64,000 nucleotides of DNA from Marsupella aquatica (taxonomy: Eukaryota; Plantae; Marchantiophyta). The notes beneath the pieces were generated by a model. The model did no database searches and had not been told where the DNA came from. It worked only from the letters and a program-made list of their open reading frames with translations. Both the position numbers and the translations under genes were made by a program. Position 1 is the stretch's first letter, and every line of letters begins with the position of its first letter. Location: NCBI GenBank assembly GCA_973895155.1, contig OZ316899.1:4529241-4593240 (forward strand). The letters are read 5' to 3'. Shown here piece by piece: positions 55,976 to 64,000 of the stretch.

Positions 55976-58900
55976 TGTTGGCTATGTTCAACTACATGGA
56001 AGAAGAAGTTCATTAATCATCAATGGGATACATATGAGAAATTGAGGAGAAGGTAGTTATGGCAGTTATGCTTAACCTAACTAGAGTAGAACTAACCTAT
56101 GATTAACTTAGGTTACAACAAGTCTCCCCCTTGGATGTGGTATTTCTGAAGTAAATGGTATATCCATATGGATTCTACTCTAAGTTCAAGTAATGCCTTA
56201 TGATATGTATCCATTGTTTCTTGGTGCATAAATCACCCTATTCATTAAAATTATATTTTCTTTTGTTCACTTTTAGGCCTCTAAATGTTCACTTTTTGGT
56301 CTCTAAATGTACACTTTTAAACCCCAAAAGGTACACTATAGTACAATACTCTTCACCCAAATGGTTAATTGTAAGCTTAAGGGGACAAAATGATCTTTAC
56401 TAGAAGGAGTCTCATCCTAGTTCATTTACAAAGGATGAACATGGTGGTACATCTGATGGCCCACCTTTATATCTTGCCCAAATTTACACTTTTTGAAAGT
56501 CAAATGTACACTTTCTATTGCCCAAATGTTCATAAATTGAATAATAATACACTTTTAATGAATAGATTGATATAAATGTATGTGGGTAAGGGATGTAACC
56601 TCATTAAAACCTCCCCTTCTTTCTTATGGGAGGGAAAAGAGTATTACCACCCCCGTGTGTAAAACAAAATATAGGTATCTATGAGTGTTTGAACATTGAC
56701 ATAGGTAAGTGTGGGTAGTCGATGAAAATATGACAAGAAAATGCCAACTAGTTGTCAAAGATTTCAGGGTTGCTCAGTTTGTTCAACTATGTAAGAATGG
56801 AGACTGGTGATATGGTGGGTTCCGTTCAGGATCTTGTGGAACATTTTATGAGTTAGGCGTCGTTGAAGGATTGAGTGTTCTCCCCTTGACAACTATATAT
56901 GTTCCAGTGAATTTCTTCCATGGTGGAACATTTGTACGGTTGCCAGTTTCCTTAGTAGTGTCGATTGCTCCCCCTAAACTTTGTGTATTGCCGTATGTAT
57001 CAATTGTCAAGGAAGTGCTTGTAACATGCGTGAAAGGTGTCAGAGGCCAATCAAATAGGAATGTTGTTTATGAATGGGAGGTGGAAGAGATTTTGTAAAC
57101 AAGTTGACAACATTTGTTTGGCTAGTAATCCATTTCACGTTGATGCTTTGCCCTTGTTGTTCATGAGCAAAAAAAACTTGGGTGAAAGATGTTTTGTTTG
57201 ATCTCCTTTGATGTAGCCAACTTGGATCTGGTTGATGCATGCCCTGTTGTCCTCGTAAATTGTGGTTGGTGCAAAGATTTTAGGTATGCCAATATGCTCC
57301 AAAATGTGATTTATCACATTGCAAAGCCATATGCATTCTTGGTTAGCCTCATATAGGGCAATGATCTTGGAATGGTTGGAGGATGTCATTGTCAATGTCT
57401 ATTTGCAACTACGCCAGGAAATTGCGGTAGTGCCTAGGAGGAACACATAGCCCGTCTGGGACTTAGCATGGTTTGCATCACACAGGTAACCTGCATCTGC
57501 ATAGCCTGCAAGAACATTGTTAGAATTTGTAGGGTAAAATAATCCCACATCAATAGTGCCCTTGAGGTATCAGAAAATCCTCTTTATGCCATTCCAATGG
57601 CGTATTGTTGGCTGAGCGTTGTGTCGTGCCAATAGATTGACTGCGAAGGCGATGTCAGGCCGTGTTTGATTTGCAAGGAATGTTAACACGCCAATGGCAG
57701 ATAAGTATGGTTTCTCTGAACCAAGTAGTGGCTCATTTCCTGTGCGCTTTCGGAAGATGTCCTTGTCTTTGTCCAAGGATCTAATGTCCATAGGGGATGC
57801 TACTGCAGTTGCATTCTACATATTAAACTGTTTCAAGCTTTTCTATGTATATGTAAATTGGTGGAGAAAAATTCCATTAGGTAAGTGCTCAAACTGCAAA
57901 CCGAGGCTAAAAGTAGTCTGCCCAAGATCTCTCATCTCAAACACATGCTTGCGTAGTAGTATTGTTTTGAGCATGATTTTGCTGGTATTGAATAGATTCA
58001 AGTCATCCACATAGATCACAATAATAATGAATTTGCTGCCCTCTTGCTTTATGAATAAGCAGTGGGCGATCTCTGCAATTTTGAATCCCAAAGCCAGCAT
58101 TTCTGCTTTAAATTTTTGATACCAAGTCCGGCCGCTTTGTTTCAGGCCATACATAGAGCGGAGCATTGGACTGCAAAGTGAGTGTGGGCTCAAAGAGCCT
58201 GCTGGGCTGTTTCTTGCTTGGAAGAAGCACTCAATGCAATGGCTTGGGATGTGGTATACAGTACATCTTTGTTAGTATGATCAAAATTGTCCTTAGTATG
58301 TTGGTGTGATCATTTTTTCTATGGCTCCCCCTTGCAACTTTGTTAATGAGTTCAGGTGGGGCTTCCATGTGTATAACAACATCGAGGTAGCCGTAGAGGT
58401 ATGCAGTTAGTATGTCAAGTTGGTGCATTGACAAGTTGTGGTGTAAGGAGAACATGATTAGGTATCGATAAGTGATGACATCCATGACAGGTGAGTAAGT
58501 TAAATCATAATCCCTTCCTGGTATTTGTGTGAATCCCCTGCCACTAGACGTGCCTTATCACTACCTCTCCTTTGGCATTTTGCTTTCTGATAAATGTCCA
58601 CTTGTATCCAGTCAAGTGGGTATCAGGTGGTGCTGGAGTTATTGGTCCAAAAACCTGGCGTGAGATCAAAGAGTCAATTTAGAATGAATGGCTTTCTCCC
58701 ACTCAGGCCAATCGGATTGGCTTTGGGCTTCCGTGACTGTCTTAGGGTCTGGTATATCATCTGTGATTTGTTGGGATATGTGAAATGCAAAGTTGTTGTC
58801 TGTAATTGTTTGCAATTGGTCCCAAATGTGGCCAATACTATTATAGTTGATGGCAATCTCGGTATTGTCATCTTGTGTGGCAGGTTGAGGATCACTGATT

Positions 58901-60040
58901 TATGTGGGGACTGGGTTTGGATGTGCAGGAGGTACATTCCTCCGTTGTCATAGTTGTTTGTCGGATGAGCCTATTGGGCAACCACGTTTTGCTCTTGGGG
59001 CCACCTCTGGTGCAAATGGACGTGCCATCTGTATTCTCAATGATGTGTTTGCTGCGGGCGCATGTGATCTTGTTACTTTGACGGCATCTGCAAAGTCATC
59101 CGGTAATTGCTCCAACATCCGTGTGAGGTATAGGATTTGTTGGCCGGACTTCAGTATCTGTTTGGCTAGTCCTAGGATTGTTCCAGATTTCAGATTGTGT
59201 TTGCCATTTGAGCTTGGTAATATTGTGCTCCCCAAGACTTGTTGTGGTACTCAACCCAGGGAAGATGTTCTCATAGAAGTGACAGTCTGCAAACCGTGAT
59301 TTGAAAATGTCTCCTATAGTTGGTTCCAGGTATTTGATGATAGAGTTGGAGTCAAATCCTATTTATATCCCTTTCTGCCATTGGGGTCCCATCTTGGTTC
59401 TTTTGGGGCCCATAATGGGCACCAAGACTTGGCAGCCAAATGTCCTCCAGTGAGATATAGTAGGGGTGTTACCAAATGCGAGGTGGTGAGGGGATCTAGA
59501 GTTGAAGGCAGATGGGCGGTATAGTATCAAGGTAGCAGCATGGAGGATGGCATGTCCCCATGCGCAGGTGGGAAGGTTGGACTCCATCAGTAGAGGGCAG
59601 GCAATCGTCTACAAACGTTTGATAAGTGATTCAATAATCCCATCTGAAAATGAACGTGGGTCACTGGATATTGAATGTCTATGCCCACTGTCTCACAAAA
59701 ATCATCAAAGGTTTTAGAGGTAAACTCACCAGCGTTGTCCACTCTAATGACTCAAATGGGGTAGTCAGGAAATTGGGCTTTCAATCGGAGTATATGTGCA
59801 AGAAGGCGGGGGAAGACCATGTTTTGTGTAGACAATAGAGAGTCTCATGACCATTTGGATGAGGCACAGATGATGGCCAAGAAGAATCGGAAGGGACCTC
59901 TTGGGGGTTCAATTGGGCCACATACATAAGCATGGTATCCTCTGCTCGGTTTTGGACAGTGGAGGTTTGATGATTAGTTTGCCTTGTGAGCAGGCCAAAC
60001 ACGGAATTTTCATGGATGTTGGGTGTACTATCTTTGGTAT
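55976..60040 (-). mobile_element. Second decayed copia of the same lineage, minus strand, with ~140-bp 3' LTR (55976 or 55985 to 56120) and PPT; 5' part not seen
   Basis: GGTTACAACA then AGTCTCCCCCTT (PPT complement) at 56111-56132. Minus-strand fragments ACSQGKL, WGHAILHAATL, MYGLKQSGRTWY, IYVDD, RPDIAFAVNLLAR, EDN, VNLFTK. Confidence 0.82.
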
Positions 60041-61055
60041 TGTCGTCGGGGTGGAGCACAGGGAAGCAGCAAACCCAAGTCAGGATTATGCATCCGGACC
60101 AGTCTTCTCCCTTGATGAGTGCCGTGTTTGACTCGGGATGAGAAAATAGGCCTTTGTAACTACTTAACAATCCTCTTCCGAGGGAACCCTTCTACAGCCC
60201 CGGGTTATCAAGCTTTGCACCAATATGAAGTGAACACCACTACAACTTTTCTACTACTACTACTGTGTGGAAAGCCCCTTGGATATTCAAGAGACCTATA
60301 CACCATTGATAAAAAAGGGGCACCAAGGCACGAACTACTTTTCTAAAGGCATGACTATGCATAGTTCTTGTGATCCTAACTTTTGGTTTTGGTATCCTGG
60401 CTATAGGCTTCCGCACCCAACGTCCTATCATGATTGTATCCAGACCAAGTATAGGGCTATGAGTTTGGTCTAGGCGTAGCCTAGACGTCCACTCGGAGTG
60501 CTCTACTTTGTCCGAACCTCCCCCAAGCACACCTTCTCCTATCCTGACCACGAGGTCACAAGATGGTACTCATTAGCGGAGGTGAACCCTTCCGACTGCG
60601 TCTGAACCACCCGAGGGATAGGAAAAAGGGGATACTACCTCTTTTCCCTTAGCCACCCCCGAATAGTGCATATGCCGCCAGAGCAATGTATAAAAGGCCC
60701 TCGTCCTATGGGTTATTCCATAGGGCGGAGACGAGAGGTGGAGCATAGGGGTGAATTTCCAGCTAGACTCCTAAACTCACCTCACCATTGGGGCTCTTCA
60801 TCCTTACTCTTATCGTAGGCGAGACACATAGTCATCAAGAACAATTGAGCTCGTCCACTCTTGACACTGGTCCGGATAGTCTACAATACAGGGGAAAACC
60901 TCCTCTTATTGTCACTATTGTTAGCGTCCAAACCCTACTTCCTCAATGACATTCTCTATTGCGAATTCAATAAAGACTGACTTATCAGAATGGGAAAAGA
61001 ACATTACACAACAACGCAATTCTGCTTGCAAGAATATGTACCATATAACTGAGCA
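60041..61055 (-). mobile_element. Putative ~1-kb LTR of another element interrupting the minus-strand copia
   Basis: Copia homology stops at ~60040, where TGTCGTCGG begins. CA at 61054-61055 is followed by CTCTCCCCCCTTT (PPT on the minus strand). No second LTR or TSD in the window. Confidence 0.4.
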
Positions 61056-61099
61056 ATGCTCTCCCCCCTTTGCCTGTGACAGGCCAGGGGTTTAAATAC

Positions 61100-64000
61100 T
61101 TTACATTCTGTCCTAAGAATGCCTGTCACTCTACCAAGCGATGTGCTTTCCTAACCTAATTCCATCCGCCACTCTTTCACTCCTCTGGCACAACAGGCGG
61201 CCGCCTTATTTCTCTTTCATGGGCGGCCTCCCATGCGGCTACCTCCGGATCCCTTGCTGCCACTGCCGTAATCCGGCGGCGAGTCCAACACTGTCGTTGG
61301 AGCTCATTCCGCTGTCTCAAGCGTTGTTCCTCCCGTTCCCCCGACGTCTCACCCGTGACTACCCACCAATTGTGGTATTCTTTGTAAGTGTTAGGACCCC
61401 ATTCGTCCTCAAGCTCAATTTTGTTGTCCAAGGTGTTAGGATTGGGTTGGTATACCATGAGGTACGCCCGAGTTGGCGTTGGTGGTCCTTCGCATCTAAT
61501 TATGGGGTCCTCCCCCTTCAAGAATTTGGCACTTATTAATAAATTATACATCCGTGCAACTGTTGGCCCCACCTGGCTAAACAGCTTCCACATAATCATC
61601 CCTTTACACTTCATCTTGCCATTAAGATCCACATTGACTTTGCCTGCTTGTCCGGATCGATCCACCACCTCAATTAAAGAACGCGCAAAATAGTACCACC
61701 GGAAGTAGCGGGGGTTTGCAAGCAAACGCCCAAAAGGATATCAATTTGTAAGGGCATTTATCCACCACCGAAGTTGAGCCAAAAGACTTAATGGTGGGTC
61801 GGTCTCATGCTAGCTGGGGCAGTCGCATCCTAACCCGGGGATCATGCTGCCATATTGAATGATATACAGCTATAGGGTTGGTGTTGATGTGTAGACCAAA
61901 CCTATCATCGTCTACAAGCTCCCGGAAGAATTGGTGTGGTGTCCAAAAGATTGCAGGTCCAAAGTAATTTCCTTATCTATAATTATGTACACTTGCCTCT
62001 AACCATCTAATTACATTCTCCGTAGGGGTCACCCTTTCCCAAAAGGCTGTCTTTTCCCAAACACCCAGACTCAAATCAACTGGATCGAAGGGGAGCTCAT
62101 CAGTTTGGATAGTGTCCCCCGCACAAGCCACTGCAGCTAGATCTCTACCTAGTGAATAAAAATGAGTCATGGCAATATGACTGAATTGGGGTAGAACGAG
62201 GAGGTCTACAAAGCTCATCCACTCGTTGGTTACTATAGGATGGGAGGTGTAGTAAGGATTGAAAATCACACTCGTCCCATTTCTCTCTCGTTGTGCCATC
62301 CGACCGTTTGGAGGAAAGTAACTAGGCGGGGCAGAATATACTTTCCACAGTTGGTGTGCATTTCTCTTGCCGCCCAGGACTTCATCACTACTTCTACTAA
62401 ATCAAAGACTTTCCTATGTACTGCCAAACTATAGAACCAATGGAGTTTCCGCGCCGGACAGTCGAGATGCATAGTATCTGCATTTGCCATGAGGGCCACA
62501 TAATGGGGGTGGCCAGCGTGCTCCCGCTCCAGTTTGGACAGTGAGATTTGCGTGACTCTGCTGTTGGCCCTTCCTCCCAATCTAAAATACAAGTCTGTGG
62601 GTTGGGTGAACCCAATGGCTCCCGACCATTCAAAGAATGGAAGCATAAATCTGATCCGGACCGGGATATCGTACCAAATCCGGTCGCAGTCGTCCGGACA
62701 AATAGCCCTCTTGTTAATCCCTGTTGCGGCCAAAATAACACGGAGGGTTTCCAACCCCATAGCTCCATCAACTTCAATAGCATTTTGAGATGCTATCTTC
62801 TGCCCCGTGAATAGTTTCCACGAGTTTACACTCACCTTCTTGAATTGTTCCAGCCTCCTCTTGTGCACCAAATCTGCCAGTGCATCCTTCAATAACTTAG
62901 CTGTCGTGGCAGCCACATGCTGCAGGCTCTGCACTTCTAGGTCCCAGGCCTTGTAAGTGTCCATCAAAATCCGGACCACCTTACTGCATTGTTGGACGAG
63001 CTTCTTACGTGCTACTTCCTATAGCCATCTCTTCCTCTCCTTTTCTCTTCTTCCTCCTTCTTCTTCCAACGCAGCAACGTATGCCTGCTTCTCCTCTAAT
63101 TGTCCTTGTAGCTCCTGATTCACTCTCCTTACTTCTTGGAGCTTCTCCTCACACTCCAAAGCCCCTAGTCTGGCTGACGCCTCTTTCTCTACGAGCTCTT
63201 CCGTTCTTTTCCCCTGCGCCGTCAGCTGGTCGAACAGCCGGAGTGCCAATTTTTCTCCTTCCCCTACTCTCTGTTCCAACTCTTCAATTACCCTTTGCAG
63301 CTCATCGGCCTTCTGTTGGGACACAAAACTGCACTTTGCATGCTGGGTGGTTACCTCCTCTTACTCCTCTTTGGCGGTCGACAAGAGGTGACTCCATTCT
63401 TCCTTCTTGTCAACCAACAGCTCCTGCAGCTTCTTTCTCTCCTTCTGGGCCTTTCCTAACTTGACCTTTAGGGCCTGTGTCCCAACCTTCTCCGTCCGGA
63501 CCGCCTCTCGGGCCTGTTGTAGGGTTGTGGTTGTTTCCTCATTTTTCTCCCTCGCTTTGTCGAGCAATCCCTCTGAGTCCTCCAGCTATTTCAATGCGAG
63601 CTTGTTAGATTTGGATTTCTTATGTACCTTTATATATGAGGAGTCGCTCAACCTTCTCTTCTGCTACCCTCAGCCTCTCCATGTCCCGCATCTTGCCTTC
63701 AGATTCCAAGATTGCCATCCTCGCCATTGCCTTGCTCTCCTTCAAATCCCTCAACTAGTAACGTAGATCCCTGGTGTTGGGAATTGGCTTCCCACTTCCC
63801 TATGAATGCCAGATGTTGGGTGGGAGTCCTCAACTCTACCAGATTGGTGGTATCCGGAAGTTTGGACAGCGTGGGTTGTTGGAAGGTGGCATTCCTTCCT
63901 TCTTCTTCTTCTTCATCTTTGTCTTCATTTTCCTCCGGGAGGGTTACTGCCCTCCGTTTCCTTTTGAGGCTCTTGTGACATTGCTCGGCCTGCTCACTCA
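61100..64000 (-). pseudogene. Decayed long ORF, coiled coil followed by unknown globular region; probably a retroelement accessory gene
   Basis: Successive minus-strand fragments 63361-63567, 63019-63324 (E/K/Q coiled coil), 62266-62979, 61973-62299, 61177-61725. No recognisable catalytic motif. Confidence 0.5.

Noticed and set aside
62300-62450. LHWFY...NCGKYIL as a Ulp1/SENP-like protease catalytic H...C
   Set aside because: Spacing is too short (~30 aa) and there is no catalytic Asp or Q-x-N-x-x-DCG context; not supportable without a profile search.

Overview
TE-saturated land-plant nuclear DNA (probably a non-seed plant, but the host cannot be fixed from sequence). I found no host gene, RNA gene or CRISPR array. 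The window is a nested stack, and most of the target-site duplications (TSDs) can be read directly. A CACTA (En/Spm) DNA transposon spans 697-48916 (TIR CACTAGTACATTTT, TSD ATC; about 10.3 kb once nested insertions are removed). It sits in the 5' leader of an older minus-strand LTR element (tRNA-iMet PBS at 49058-49069). Inside the CACTA are: a 2.4-kb solo LTR (937-3341, TSD CAGAT); an intact Ty1/copia (6238-12025, identical 164-bp LTRs, TSD TTAAT, 1546-aa ORF) in an intron of the transposase; and a Ty3/gypsy 'A' (17624-47307, TSD GGGTC), which itself contains a Ty3/gypsy 'B' (25498-41055, TSD GTAAC). Right of the CACTA lie an inverted LTR fragment, two decayed copia relatives and a decayed accessory-type ORF. 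Most unusual: (1) the CACTA carries a SET-domain (lysine-methyltransferase fold) exon lying between the transposase's own N-terminal zinc-motif exon and the rest of the transposase; (2) both gypsy families have 4.0-4.7-kb LTRs that each contain a homologous ~840-1210-aa ORF, with pol terminating inside the 3' LTR; (3) gypsy B has a slippery heptamer plus hairpin at a -1 frame switch between protease and RT.
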